A DNA stretch of 64,000 nucleotides from a virus. The translations under genes and the position numbers were made by a program. The notes beneath the pieces are model-generated. The model saw only the letters and a program-made list of their open reading frames with translations, was not told the origin of the DNA and searched no databases. Location: IMG/VR virus record IMGVR_UViG_3300048672_000219, positions 19,455-83,454 of that record. The stretch is one strand, 5' to 3'. Numbering within the stretch: the stretch's first letter is position 1; every line of letters starts with the position of its first letter. Positions 1-11,470 of this stretch are shown here, piece after piece.

Positions 1-622
1 GGTAAGCATCATTCCACTTCCAATCACCCCATTCATTGCACAGGTATTTCCAAATTTTAATCCCTACATGGCAATCTCGTTTGCAATACACAAGCATCTC
101 TGGATGATATTGCAAGAACTCTGCCCCTCGTGGGGCATTGCTTTCAATTAAGCCAAGCTCAATTGCTTTAGCTCGCCACTCAATCTTTTCAATACCTAGC
201 AGTCGTCCGAAATAATCGACACTATGCGCACTACGAGTTGGATTTAGCGTCTTAGACATCACTAAAGTATCAGTGATTGTCATAGGTTTGCCACAAACAG
301 AATCAGTACCTACATTGTAAAATTTACTTTCAGACCCTTGGCTTACACCAATTTCAAAGTCTACATCGTAAGCAGCCATCATAACCATGTGGTCATACGA
401 AATAGAATTGTGTGCAATAAGCTCCGTGCAATTTTCAGCAAGAAAATCTTTCACCTTTGTAAGCTCATCTCCTACAAACTCATATTCTTCCATAGTATCC
501 ACATTGATAAATACTGCACAATGCACTTTGAAATCATCTTTGAGTTTGTACGGGGACTGAGTGTAGTCCACTGAATCTGAATTCAGTAAGTTTGTTGCCT
601 CAATGTCCCAATACAATCGCAT
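1..622 (-). CDS. DNA polymerase, family A, N-terminal 3'-5' exonuclease domain (runs off the window edge)
   Basis: Manual translation from ATG at 622 (RBS AAGGAG): MRLYWDIEATNLL...LIAHNSISYD...DTLVMSK...YCKRD matches ExoI (DIE), ExoII (HN...YD) and ExoIII (YxxxD) motifs. Lies downstream of the primase-helicase. Not in the ORF track because it is truncated. Confidence 0.85.
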   Translation of the reverse strand, partial: MRLYWDIEATNLLNSDSVDYTQSPYKLKDDFKVHCAVFINVDTMEEYEFVGDELTKVKDFLAENCTELIAHNSISYDHMVMMAAYDVDFEIGVSQGSESKFYNVGTDSVCGKPMTITDTLVMSKTLNPTRSAHSVDYFGRLLGIEKIEWRAKAIELGLIESNAPRGAEFLQYHPEMLVYCKRDCHVGIKIWKYLCNEWGDWKWNDAY

Positions 623-631
623 TACTTCTCC

Positions 632-1240
632 TTATTGTCCATGTGTTTCAGAATAATCTTTACCCTGCTCAATTAGCTCCGCAATCATTTTAGCACGATA
701 TTCACAGGCTAGTCTATATGCTTCCTCTTTACCTAGCTTACTTATATTGAAGTGTTTGCCTCTCAGAACTCCATCTACATCGTACCATCTTGCTACATAA
801 TATTCGGTAACTTTATGGTCATTAGGAAATGGGTGTGATTTCTTATTCAGGCAAACACCTGTAGTGTCATCCAATCTGTTTTTAAACTTTGGGCGATTCC
901 GTTTATTAGTGTCTTGTGGTACTTTGCGCAGATTTTGCAAATCGTTATTTAGCTTATTCTGATCTGCATGGTCAATCTCAAACTCTGGTGTCAAATCTCC
1001 ATACTCCATTTGGTATAGTATCCTAGCTAGTGAATAACTCTGACGTTTTAAAACTACTCTATAATATCCACAGTCATCTATATAAGTATTCACACGTTTT
1101 CCTATACGCTCACTTTTTCTACCTTTACTCAGAGTGCCGGGGTCTTTCCAACAGACGAAATTATTAATAACGCAGTAGTGTTGATGCAACCATTCTTTAC
1201 TTGGTAACTCTTTAATATATGTAGGCATTTTGAAGTCCAA
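632..1240 (-). CDS. HNH homing endonuclease with C-terminal AP2-like DNA-binding domain
   Basis: EIDHADQNKLNNDLQNLR HNH motif; TGVC...YYVARW...KHFNISKLGKEEAYRLACEYR AP2-like tail. Inserted between helicase and polymerase. Confidence 0.85.
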   Translation of the reverse strand: MDFKMPTYIKELPSKEWLHQHYCVINNFVCWKDPGTLSKGRKSERIGKRVNTYIDDCGYYRVVLKRQSYSLARILYQMEYGDLTPEFEIDHADQNKLNNDLQNLRKVPQDTNKRNRPKFKNRLDDTTGVCLNKKSHPFPNDHKVTEYYVARWYDVDGVLRGKHFNISKLGKEEAYRLACEYRAKMIAELIEQGKDYSETHGQ

Positions 1241-1257
1241 TAGTTATTCAGACGATC

Positions 1258-1286
1258 ATTATACCAGAAAACATCACTGTTGTCAA
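1258..1286 (-). promoter_or_regulatory. sigma70 promoter for the HNH and polymerase genes
   Basis: TTGACA-17 bp-TATAAT on the minus strand. Confidence 0.8.
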
Positions 1287-1289
1287 GTT

Positions 1290-3020
1290 CTAGTAGAATC
1301 CCTTGTTCTCAGCAGGTTGAAACTCAGAAATACGTTCAGCCGCACTCTCCAAGAAGCCTTCCGGTGGTTCCAAATACTCACCTGTATCTTGGTCGTAATA
1401 CACTTTGAAATAACCGCTGCGCCCGTATTTACGATCTTCCAGCAGAACAATAGTCGAAGTGTTACGCTCTTTGTTAGAGATGTCTGGGTCTTTGTTGCGT
1501 TCAATACCCCACATATAATATGTAGAGCGCATCATAGCTCGACTACCTGTGAATTGGTGACTCTGTACCTTACCCCCTCGTTCATGTGGTGGGCCGCTTT
1601 CTGGAGCTTTTAAGTGGCAGAAACAGTAGTAAATAAAGCCTAAGTCTTTTGCCATCTTGGAAAGCTCATCTGCAAAACGTTCCAGCAGCGTATTAGCCTC
1701 TGCTGCACTGACACCTGCCACCATACGAGAGATTGGATCGAGGACAACATCTGTTACACCTTCCACTAGCACTGCATGTCGAATAGCCCCTTTTACAACA
1801 TCCCAAGAACAAGCACCATAGTTATTGTAGTAAATGACATTATCACCCACTTCATTTACTGCGTCTGTCAGAGTCTTTTGGTCAAAATACCCACGCGTAA
1901 TATCGTAGATTTCTTTTCCATAAATATCTGTCAGAACCCCATCCTCTTGGACAAAAATAACTTTCTCTGGATTAGTGAAGTCTTTGCCATAAATCTTACC
2001 AGCAACTTTCTTACACGTAACTTCAGGTTCTTCTTCGAACTTAAAGAGTGCAATACGCCCACCTTCAGTTTTAATGACAAACTCACTTAACTGATTGACA
2101 AATTCGCTCTTACCTATCTTCACCCCTGCGCCAATATAGTGTCCCTCACCCAAACGTCGTCCAAGACTTAGTTTGGTCATGGAAGGCCAAGGCCAAGGCT
2201 TGCCTAGTTTTGGAAGCTCACAAGCTTTCTCTTTAAATGTCTCATACTTGATAAACCCATCTGGTGTGTATTGCACTGGCTTCATACAAGCCCAATACAA
2301 CTGATCTGCCATACCCTCCCGAATCATGTCCACAGGATCGTATTCATCCGGCAGTGCAGCAACTTGAATCTCAGGCATTAGACTATACACTGCTGCAACA
2401 GCATCTTTGCCTTTCATAATCTTCTGCTTCTCACGTTCTTCTTGAGTTGCTTTATCTGCATCAAATACTAGAACACATTCTGCGAACTTTTTAATAAAAG
2501 CTTGATTTTGTTTTTGACCAAGATTTTGTACTGCATTGGCTGTACCACTTGAAATGCTCACTACATTAGGATTACCTTGGGGGTATTTCTCTTTTAAGAC
2601 ACTCCAAGTTGCTGCACAATCGTACTCCCCCTCCGTAATGAACAGCTTCTTGCCGCCCGTCTTATTGGCTGCTACCATGCCGAACACATCGCATTTAGCA
2701 CTTTGAAATGCAATGGTAGTGAAATGGAATGGTGCAACTTTGGGAATGCACAAATCCCTCTTTTTAAATCCTACAATTTCCCCGTCAATTGTGTATGGGA
2801 AATAATGGGCAATCGGCGTTTTACCATCCTTCGGACTTAGTGCTGTGCGAATCTGGAAATGCTCTGCTGCTGCTTTGGAGATAAACCTTTCTGGAATAGC
2901 TAGAATAGGATACTTTAGTACATCCTCGATAGTCTCTTGCTCATATTTGTTATTACTACTTTGTTTTGTCGCTGCCAAGTTTTTCTCTCCCTTAAAATAC
3001 CCCATCACCCCTCCCGCCAA
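1290..3020 (-). CDS. T7 gp4-like DNA primase-helicase (TOPRIM plus SF4 helicase)
   Basis: FITEGEYD and VLVFDAD TOPRIM motifs; GAGVKIGKS Walker A; VVLDPIS Walker B; FCHLK and FTGSRAM helicase motifs. Confidence 0.92.
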   Translation of the reverse strand: MAGGVMGYFKGEKNLAATKQSSNNKYEQETIEDVLKYPILAIPERFISKAAAEHFQIRTALSPKDGKTPIAHYFPYTIDGEIVGFKKRDLCIPKVAPFHFTTIAFQSAKCDVFGMVAANKTGGKKLFITEGEYDCAATWSVLKEKYPQGNPNVVSISSGTANAVQNLGQKQNQAFIKKFAECVLVFDADKATQEEREKQKIMKGKDAVAAVYSLMPEIQVAALPDEYDPVDMIREGMADQLYWACMKPVQYTPDGFIKYETFKEKACELPKLGKPWPWPSMTKLSLGRRLGEGHYIGAGVKIGKSEFVNQLSEFVIKTEGGRIALFKFEEEPEVTCKKVAGKIYGKDFTNPEKVIFVQEDGVLTDIYGKEIYDITRGYFDQKTLTDAVNEVGDNVIYYNNYGACSWDVVKGAIRHAVLVEGVTDVVLDPISRMVAGVSAAEANTLLERFADELSKMAKDLGFIYYCFCHLKAPESGPPHERGGKVQSHQFTGSRAMMRSTYYMWGIERNKDPDISNKERNTSTIVLLEDRKYGRSGYFKVYYDQDTGEYLEPPEGFLESAAERISEFQPAENKGFY

Positions 3021-4651
3021 ATATCGCCAACCTTCTCCATCAGTCTATCATATTTATCCTTCAGCGTATCATACTCGCCACAGAGAATGTCATAGTCTTC
3101 AAATGTGACGTATTTACCCCACTTGTATTCCTTCATTTCCCAAATATCCAATTTGACACAATGTAAGTCATATCGTTTAACAGTCATCACCCCTCCAAAC
3201 ACAATATCAAAAATCCAATCACAAATACCCACCAAGGAGCGCTGTAAGCTAGACAAACAATCAGGGCGAATATGGCAACCATCACGTCCAGTCCTTCACA
3301 AATTCAAGTGCTGTATAAAGATCGTCCGTCTCAAATGTCTGCACGTCTTTGTCGCAAATTTTCTCAGTGACAATAAACATACCACCCTCTTGCACAATAA
3401 CAAATTGTCCATCATAAGCATCCATAATCTGTGCTGTACGATTTTCGTCATTGAAGACAATTAGTAAATTTCTGTAAGTAATAGCCATCACACTCTCCCA
3501 TTCAAAACAATAAACTCATCCAGCCATTCTTTAGGAATCTTCTGACCATCTGCCAAATATCTCCCAATGGCTTCGTGAATTTCCTGCAAGCGAAGCACTC
3601 GCACAACTTCCATAGGACGTAAGCCGATTGGTGGCTTATGTGCAGTTGTTGAAACACAATCACTAGGAATCCATTTTGAATGACAATTACATTCTTCCAA
3701 AGGACTTGCACCACAATGTCTGCAATCGTAATGTGCCATTACTCGCTCCAAAATTCAATATATTCTACAGGCTGCATTTCATGGACAGCCTTGAACCGAT
3801 TCTCAGCAGTTTCTTGTGAGTCTCGCCATTGGATAAACTCTTCATACTCAGGAGAGTCCCAGAACACTGTGTTGGGTTTCTCTTTTTCATAATCAACTCC
3901 AACTCGCTCACACGCTTTTTTCTTGTAGGCTTCATAGACATCATTCTCCATCTCGTCCAAAAATTGCTTGAACTTTTCCCAATCCTTCAAAGTGACAGGA
4001 TGATCTGTTTTGTACAAACCACTCACTTTGTACTCTTCGTATGTGCCTGAAGCAAATGTAAAGAAGTAATTCATCACTCACCCTCCAGCCGAGCAATAGC
4101 ATGTTCCATAGCCAGAGCCTTCTTCAGATATTTCTGATAGCTCACAAGCTTTGCGAGTTGTTTGCGATATTTTTGTAGATAGGCATGGCAATCATATTCC
4201 TCTTCCAAATCCCCTTCCTCATCGGCCTCTTTCTTCCAATTTTTAAAGTCTTGAATCAGACGTTCCGTGAAAGAAATCTCTTCACGAGTTTTAGAAATCA
4301 TCGACTGGATGGTGCTTGCATAATTCATTTGTGTTCTCCTTATCGTTTAGCATCAATGAAAGTGTTATCCAAAGCCTGAACTACAACAGGGTCAGTGATG
4401 AACACACAATGATTGATATTGATACCAGCCCATTCATTACTCACCAGCGGATAATAGTAATTCTCTTCATCACCTACTCGTGCTTGATAGATAACCTTAT
4501 AGACATCTCCCACTTTATACCAATTATAATCCTTTGCTTCCTTCACAACAACATAAACTTGCTCAGGCTGGTGCAAGTCTTCCATTTCCTTTTGAATCTC
4601 TTCCAGTTGCTTCTGTAGAGCTTTCAGCTTTTGTTCTTTAGTTGTGTTCAC
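3005..4651 (-). CDS. cluster of short hypothetical phage proteins (3005-3256, 3282-3491, 3488-3751, 3739-4077, 4074-4328, 4340-4651)
   Basis: Tightly packed or overlapping co-oriented ORFs with GGAG-type RBS; no recognisable motifs. Confidence 0.6.
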
Positions 4652-4660
4652 TTGTTCTCC

Positions 4661-5233
4661 TTATTTATAAACTGCAATCAACAGTTCTCCCAGATTATCA
4701 TAATACTGAAAATCTTCAAATTTGTCCAACACTTTCTTGAGATAAGCATTACCTTGTGCGTACAAAGTATTTGTCTTAAATATCGAGTTGTGTTTCACAG
4801 TGATGTTAAAGTCTTTGTCAGTTTTAATTTGACCATTCTTGTACCAAGCCTTGCAAATACTCAGCGGAAATTGATTCTCAACTTTGAAAGGACTGTCCTT
4901 GACAAGAATAAGCTGCACGTCAACATCATCAATCTGAGCGTTAAACACAGCACGAATATTTGGATTATGGTTGTACCAGTTTGGCAAATCGTCAGCAGCC
5001 TTGGACGAATCTACTTCAAATCCAGCAATCTTCAACATCTTATTGATAATACCAATTTGCACATGATCTTTCACAGAGAAGAACAAGTCAATGTCTTTTG
5101 CTGGCTTGTTGAAATACCAGTCTCGCGGAGCGCCACCCGCAACAATTGCAAATGGGTCAATAAGATAACTCATTGCCAAAGCACGATCTGCAACTGCTTG
5201 TTGCTTCTTGATTAGATTTTCATTTTCCGTCAC
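4661..5233 (-). CDS. nucleotidyltransferase of the CCA-adding/poly(A) polymerase head-domain type
   Basis: IVAGGAPRDW...KDIDLF signature (GG.vRD...DxD). Confidence 0.8.
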   Translation of the reverse strand: MTENENLIKKQQAVADRALAMSYLIDPFAIVAGGAPRDWYFNKPAKDIDLFFSVKDHVQIGIINKMLKIAGFEVDSSKAADDLPNWYNHNPNIRAVFNAQIDDVDVQLILVKDSPFKVENQFPLSICKAWYKNGQIKTDKDFNITVKHNSIFKTNTLYAQGNAYLKKVLDKFEDFQYYDNLGELLIAVYK

Positions 5234-5275
5234 TTTGTTCTCCTGTTATAAACGTCATTTTGACGCGATGTGTGT

Positions 5276-5304
5276 ATGATAGACTAAATTTTACGGGTTG
5301 TCAA
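5276..5304 (-). promoter_or_regulatory. sigma70 promoter
   Basis: TTGACA-17-TATCAT. Confidence 0.65.
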
Positions 5305-5969
5305 GTGGCTTTCCACGTTTCTTCTACAACAGGAAATGCTTGATTAACAGCTTCAGCAATCAAACGTGCCAGCATGACATGTTCCTCTTGTGTAACACCT
5401 TTCTCTAGTCGCACTTGCAGATAATGCACCCAAGAACGAATCGTACCATTCACATAAGCACGAGACATTGTTAGCCCTTCCGGCAGCAAAGTTCTGGCAA
5501 CCTCTTTAGCAATGCCTTTCTCAATTGCTTGAGTGTAATAATGCTTAACACTGTCAAGAAGATACTTCTGAGACTGTAACCACCACTCAGCAAGCTCTTT
5601 GTCATTCGTTTCAATACTATTCTGACGATTCTTATTATCTTGCAGGCGAACATCCCGATAACAGAAGGCATCACCCAAAGAAGTTACATCAGCATAACGC
5701 TGAGAGAACTCTTGGAAACTGAAGCTGCGATGACGCAGAAGTTGACGCATAATATCGCGGGGCGCTTCCACTTCTACAACGGCATTAGCCATCTCAAGAG
5801 GACTCCAATGGTTATGCTTGACAAGGTACGCAAGCAGCTTGTCAGCAGTGTCCATATTCATTTGATTGTTTGGATTACTCACTCGTGCGCAGAACGCAAT
5901 CAGTTCTTTGGCATTGTCAATACCTTCTACAACAGGTTTAGTTACTGCGATTAGTTTTGCATTCAGCAT
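5301..5969 (-). CDS. thyX: flavin-dependent thymidylate synthase
   Basis: RHRSFSFQEFSQRY ThyX motif; HWSPLE; KEVARTLLP. Confidence 0.95.
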   Translation of the reverse strand: MLNAKLIAVTKPVVEGIDNAKELIAFCARVSNPNNQMNMDTADKLLAYLVKHNHWSPLEMANAVVEVEAPRDIMRQLLRHRSFSFQEFSQRYADVTSLGDAFCYRDVRLQDNKNRQNSIETNDKELAEWWLQSQKYLLDSVKHYYTQAIEKGIAKEVARTLLPEGLTMSRAYVNGTIRSWVHYLQVRLEKGVTQEEHVMLARLIAEAVNQAFPVVEETWKAT

Positions 5970-8048
5970 TAATTCTTCTCTCCTTGTTCAATTCCCTTAA
6001 ACCAACCATCTGCATATTCCACCATCCCAAACAGCCAAGCACAAGCCCATGCACCAATTGACTGCCAAGAAAACCCATCCTTGAGTATGTACATGCAAAC
6101 GGCAAACTGTAGTGCAGAACTTACCCACCACAAGGGTTGCTTATAGAATGGCTTCATTTCTCAAGTCCTTCCACACGATAATAAACATCCGTCAAATTAA
6201 CAAGCTCGTAAGTGTCTTGCTCATCAAATTTAATCGCCACATACCCTACATTATTAACCCACACTTTATTTCGCTGTGCAAAAGCATTCTTGGCATTGCC
6301 AGCCTTAGTCCAAGCACAACGAGAGTTGTATGCTTGAAACTCTCCCGTTTCCTTATTTCGGATTGCAAATATTTGTGTGCTCATTTGTCTAGCCAATCTT
6401 CGATAATTTCATCAACATTATCCCACAAAATCATTCCACCCTCAAACCATTGGTAGAAGAATTTGCACACAAACCCTGCCAGCGTGAGAGGCCAGAGGAT
6501 TGCAAATAGGCTCCATCTGATAATTAGTCGTTTCTTATTCATCATTTCCCCTTATAAAGATTTTGCACAGCTTCAATAATTAATTCTTGCATATTCTCTT
6601 TCAGTTCAGCAATTGTAGCTTCTTGCACATTAGCTTCCACAATCTCTGCAATCAATGGCTTCTGTTCGTCAAGACACTTCTGCAAATATCTCCACATTTC
6701 ATTGCTTCCATCATCCCACATGTCAGGAGCTTTGAACACAGTGTAGCTTGACAGTTCTTTCACAACACGAGTGGCATTCTGCTTGATAAGCTCTGCCATG
6801 TCAATGTTTAGCGTATCGTCACAAGCCTTACTAACAGCTTGATAGGCTGTATTGGAAAGGAACCGTTGCAAGTCTTGTTCTGTGTTGAGCTTACGCTGAA
6901 TAAACTTACGAAATTCTTGTTCAGCAATTTCCTGCATTGTGTCTTGTGAGAGATGATCTTCTAGGTTGATTTCCATCTATTCTTCCTTATCAAAAGTTTT
7001 AGGTACTACTCGACATTCATATGTGTCTGCACAATTATTGCAAATTGCCGCCCAATCTCCAAGGCGAGATAAGCCTGTTGCTGGAAATTCCGCAAAGTCA
7101 TAATCCAAATTTGCGTCGTAGAATGTCTTACAACCACATACATCACATAGTCGATAATCAGAAGCTGCCATTATGCACCCACATAAACAGTAATGGTTTT
7201 CTCAACAGGCTTCACCTTACGGAAAGTAGGATCATAACGCTCACCATATCCCCAATAACCGCAGTTATCTCGAACTGTGGCCACTTCAAAGTATTCATCC
7301 GTAGGAACATCATTCAAAATAAGCTGAAACACTTCCGTAACTGTGACAGTTTTGTGTTCTGCTTCTTCCTCAAAGAACACACGTTTAAACTCCACACCAT
7401 CTACCTCAGAATACACTTCACCATCTTCGTAATGGTTGTCGATAAATTCTTGCAGATTCATCATTCTTCCCCCTTATATTGTTCAAGCACATCGTCAAGA
7501 TTAGGTACTAAGTCCATCAGAAAATCCAGTTTGTTTGCCAAGTCATTGTACAACTCTTCATAATACTCTGCTTTAGCTTTGTACAAATCTTCTTTCGTTG
7601 CATACATACTCATTGAGAATTCTTGCATTATGTTCCCCTATTTCTTCTGCACACAAACAAATTTATATTCTTTGCTAGTTTCCTTCACAAAGCCCTTAGC
7701 AGCCTCTCCAGCTTGTTGACATGCTACTTGGCTAGAGAAGCCTTCAATCGAATGCAGAGCTACAGAATCACCCTTAGCCCATACGCCAGCATAAATATAC
7801 ATCACGAGTACCCACGTCATTTGTTTTCTCCTTTAACGGCTGATAATTATTTCATGTCCAAGATGATTGATAATATCTTTCAGGACATTTTTTAGTTCAT
7901 GATTGGTTCCATCATAACAGTGAGCAATCGCCGGATAGTCTCCAAATGGCTCTCCATCAATTGTTACATTAAAGCCATTCGACCAACTGCTGCCGCAGTC
8001 TTCACAGTCGTACTCATCGAATGTGTGTTCAATTCTAATTAGTGACAT
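5969..8048 (-). CDS. cluster of short hypothetical proteins (including membrane ORFs 5969-6157 and 7638-7820, and Zn-ribbon-like 6977-7171)
   Basis: Co-oriented, abutting ORFs with RBS; CxxC...CxxC in 6977-7171; hydrophobic stretch in 5969-6157. Confidence 0.55.
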
Positions 8049-8057
8049 GTTTTCTCC

Positions 8058-8468
8058 TTATTTACTGTAATAAAAATGACCATCCACTTTAAGAAGTAGC
8101 TTGCCATATCCTTTGGGAAAGCGTTTCGTATTAAAATACCAGCCAGCTTTCCCTACAACTGGTGGATATTGTAGCACATCAAAATACCTTTGCAACTCTT
8201 TTTCAGTGAAATGCCAATCTTTCTGTGCAGCTGCCCAAGGCCATTGTCCTTTAGCCATTACAACTTGGCAATAGCTCTTGTGCTCCACTCTGGAACGATT
8301 CTGAAGCGTCTCCAGCACAGCCTTAGCGCCTTTCAGAGAACAACCTGCGCATTCCTTCACAAGGGTACGGACAGCACACTGTAAGTTGCTAGGAGGCTTC
8401 CTCACGCCTTTCCCATGTGCCACAGAGCAAGCTAACACTAAGAGAACGGCTGTGAGGAACTTAGTCAT
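8058..8468 (-). CDS. SleB/Hydrolase_2-like cell wall hydrolase with signal peptide
   Basis: Signal peptide; CAVRTLVKEC...GAKAVLETLQNR...CQVV...GQWPW...GHFYY follows the SleB pattern (C.A..+Y.EA.GE...G..AV..V+.NR ... QFSW ... H.FY). Confidence 0.7.
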   Translation of the reverse strand: MTKFLTAVLLVLACSVAHGKGVRKPPSNLQCAVRTLVKECAGCSLKGAKAVLETLQNRSRVEHKSYCQVVMAKGQWPWAAAQKDWHFTEKELQRYFDVLQYPPVVGKAGWYFNTKRFPKGYGKLLLKVDGHFYYSK

Positions 8469-8820
8469 TCGTCTCGATCCGTCCAGTAACGCATATAGCC
8501 TTCACCAATCAGAAAGTCTTGAAACACATCACAATCGTAATGATCGTTCAGCAGCCCAAACAAATCATCAGCAAGAGCTTGTCGTTGTGCGACAGGGATA
8601 TAGTGGTGGATCATTATGTTGTTCAATCGCTCATTCATTATCATTTCCTTTCAAATCAGCATACAATGCTTCGTCTAAATATGTCAAATATTCTTCTGGA
8701 AGGATTTGCACAAAATCCATGTCTCCGATTTTGAAGCTATCCACTTGGAACAGATCATAATCTCCGTCACTATTGGAAGCAGCTTCAAATGTGTATGTTA
8801 CATCGCATAGGATTTTTGTT

Positions 8821-9843
8821 TTATAGTTTTTCATTCATTTCCTCTAAAATAAGTTGTTTCTCAATAAATTCTATCACATCTAAGTAGTTATGGTAGTACG
8901 TCGCCTCTGTTTTAAATCCAGATATTTTCTGAGGGTGTAAAACAAAAGTTTTCTTGAGTTTCCTTTCTATTTCAAAAGCAGTATTACCACCCATTTCAAA
9001 AGTTATAAGTTCATCTACAATACAGCCAACGTCTTTTAAATTTTTTCTGTGTTCTGCTAGTCTCTGGATGAATTTGTTGGATATACCATACCCTGTAAAT
9101 TCAAAACTTCCGACTATTTTCAAAACATACACCACGGCAGATTTTTCTCTGTGAAATCCTGCTGGGCTAGGGCATCTGCAAGGTTTTCGACCTTTTCTTA
9201 GATTTGAAGTAGTGGATTTAAAAATTCCAGAGCATTTTCCAGATGTGACTAACTCATCACAACTACAGATCGGGCAAATTACATCCCAAAGACATCTTCC
9301 TGAAACATTATAAGTTTCCTCTCGGCGTTTGAATTTCCAACCGTCTGAGAACAAACCTTTAGATAGGAGTTTATTTGTAAAATCTTCATCACTCATTCTC
9401 CACGAATTAGCTTTTATTGCAATTTTACATTTAGGGCAACCATTTTTATTTTTGATAAAGCACGTGACACTAGTAGAGTCCCAGACATGACCATCTTTTA
9501 AGCATTTCAAAATTATTTTGTCTTTGGCTCTTACTTTAACATCATTGTTTTTGTATCCAATGAAGTCATAATTCTTTTCTTCACATAATCTTTTTATTAC
9601 AATACTGCATTGTTCTTTTGTTTTGCTATATGTATTTGAGCAGGCGCAAGGGATATGTCCAGATTTCAAAGACGATGCCGCTATTTCAAACTCACCATTT
9701 CCGTATAGCTCTTGATCTTTGCAGCAGATGTGACACTTCACTATGCAGTATTTTGTTGATTTGTTTTTTAAGAAGATATTTAAAACTTCTAAGTGATTCA
9801 TTTCACCAAATGAATCTCCAATTTCTACAGAACTTTTCTTCAC
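8821..9843 (-). CDS. putative homing endonuclease (Cys-rich repeats plus C-terminal GIY-YIG-like domain)
   Basis: Repeated CxxC...PCxC units; C-terminal VYVLK...GYGISN...RLAEH...FEIERKLK...GFKTE. Confidence 0.7.
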   Translation of the reverse strand: MKKSSVEIGDSFGEMNHLEVLNIFLKNKSTKYCIVKCHICCKDQELYGNGEFEIAASSLKSGHIPCACSNTYSKTKEQCSIVIKRLCEEKNYDFIGYKNNDVKVRAKDKIILKCLKDGHVWDSTSVTCFIKNKNGCPKCKIAIKANSWRMSDEDFTNKLLSKGLFSDGWKFKRREETYNVSGRCLWDVICPICSCDELVTSGKCSGIFKSTTSNLRKGRKPCRCPSPAGFHREKSAVVYVLKIVGSFEFTGYGISNKFIQRLAEHRKNLKDVGCIVDELITFEMGGNTAFEIERKLKKTFVLHPQKISGFKTEATYYHNYLDVIEFIEKQLILEEMNEKL

Positions 9844-10029
9844 TTACAAAGTCTCCAGCAATCTCACCAGTTTACGTTTACGCACAACAGCCCGTGCGTC
9901 CTTAATCTTCTGCACAATATCATCATGACCCTTTTTACGATGATATATAAGCTGTTGTGTGATACGTTGAGCACTAGAAATTTCAATGTAATCTGCCAGT
10001 TCTTCTACAGTTGCCAATTTATAATCCAT
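9844..10029 (-). CDS. small hypothetical protein (paralogue family with 18525-18707 and 27929-28141)
   Basis: Own promoter and GGAGG RBS; YKLATVEELA motif. Confidence 0.7.
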   Translation of the reverse strand: MDYKLATVEELADYIEISSAQRITQQLIYHRKKGHDDIVQKIKDARAVVRKRKLVRLLETL

Positions 10030-10052
10030 AATACCTCCAAGGTTAAAAAGGT

Positions 10053-10081
10053 ATTATAGCATAACATTTAGTAAATGTCAA
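10053..10081 (-). promoter_or_regulatory. sigma70 promoter
   Basis: TTGACA-17-TATAAT with TG extended -10. Confidence 0.85.
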
Positions 10082-10105
10082 GGGAGTGCCTTACAACTTG
10101 TGGGG

Positions 10106-11470
10106 TTATCCGGTAGTTATACCTTTTGCCGCAGACAGAATTGCAACACACTCATCGTAGCTGTTTGCTTCAGTTTTGTCAAGGCGTTCTTCTACAAACA
10201 CTGGAAGGAAACAACTGAATGTATCGCTTCCGCGCTTGCTGATAATGTCGTTGGCTTTGATAGTGACGATCTTACCAATCATGTCGTGCTTGTGCATCCA
10301 GAACACTTTACGCATATCGTCTGTCATGCCAGTTCCAACATCCGTTACAAGCTTCCCACAGGAACTGGTGAGTTGCAAAGCACCACACATTCCAGCAGCT
10401 TTACCAGAGCCTTCAACAACACCTGTGATTTTCAGGTCAATCTCAAACTCTACTTTCATCTTCACACAATCTTTGCTTGTGCCATCTTTCCAGAGGAAGT
10501 CTGTAGTTTTCAGTACAGCGCCTTCTTTACCTTGTGCAGTGAATTCAGAGTAGATTTTAAAAGCTTCTTCCATGGAGTGTACCTCAAAGGTTTCCACAGA
10601 TTGAATACTCTCTACGACACTGCTTTTACTCAAAACATCTAATGCAGCAAGACGTTGTGAATATTTACGAACACTTTTTCCTGATTTAAATTCTTCCATG
10701 CTCAGAATATCCCAAGCATACATCCTATAGATATAGTTACTATTTACTTCACCACCTTTAAGGATGCTGTTAAGAATACCATTACCTGTTTTGCGGTCAA
10801 GAAGCTGCATCTCCCCGTTGTAAATCGGGTTTGTGAACACGACAATCTCACCAGCTAGCACAATATCATTTGGCAAACCTTTTGCGATTTGCGCAGAGAA
10901 TTCCTTTGGATATATGCTTCCTGCGCGAGTAATTACTTGAGGTTCCGCATCTACTCCTTTTGCTACATAGGCGAATGCCCCATCAAATTTCTCTTGAATC
11001 AAGTAAGAATTCAGTTTGCTAAACTTCTCCTTAGCTTTCTTATCTAGCAAACTGCAACGCTGATAAGGCACTGAGAAGTACAAATTCGGCCACGTTTTTA
11101 ATACCATAGTGTCGCCCACGCCAGCACCAATGGAGCGATTCATCATTAACTGAATGAGTGTTCGTCCTTCATCGTTTAGTGCCGACACATGCCCGTTCAA
11201 GCTGGCTTCTGCTGCAAGTCCTGTCACTTTACGACCTGCAATTTCATTCAGCATAAAATGAATGTCAATGGAATCAAACTCTTGAGTCCCTGACCAAGTT
11301 TTCAGGTCTGAATGTTGCAGCTTCTTTTGCCAGAAATTAATGGCAGGGTCGTAAGTCACTCGCATGTATTCTTTCAGCAGAGCATTGTCCTTATGCTGCA
11401 TCAGAATAGCTTGCTTTGCATTGCTTCCTTGAGCTTCTTGCAAGCTCTTGATAATTTCGTACAGTGTCAT
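10106..11470 (-). CDS. ATP-dependent DNA ligase
   Basis: QEKFDG adenylation motif; LAGEIV; YAWDIL; EGAVLK; KMK; OB-fold end FLPVFVEERLDK. Confidence 0.95.
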   Translation of the reverse strand: MTLYEIIKSLQEAQGSNAKQAILMQHKDNALLKEYMRVTYDPAINFWQKKLQHSDLKTWSGTQEFDSIDIHFMLNEIAGRKVTGLAAEASLNGHVSALNDEGRTLIQLMMNRSIGAGVGDTMVLKTWPNLYFSVPYQRCSLLDKKAKEKFSKLNSYLIQEKFDGAFAYVAKGVDAEPQVITRAGSIYPKEFSAQIAKGLPNDIVLAGEIVVFTNPIYNGEMQLLDRKTGNGILNSILKGGEVNSNYIYRMYAWDILSMEEFKSGKSVRKYSQRLAALDVLSKSSVVESIQSVETFEVHSMEEAFKIYSEFTAQGKEGAVLKTTDFLWKDGTSKDCVKMKVEFEIDLKITGVVEGSGKAAGMCGALQLTSSCGKLVTDVGTGMTDDMRKVFWMHKHDMIGKIVTIKANDIISKRGSDTFSCFLPVFVEERLDKTEANSYDECVAILSAAKGITTG

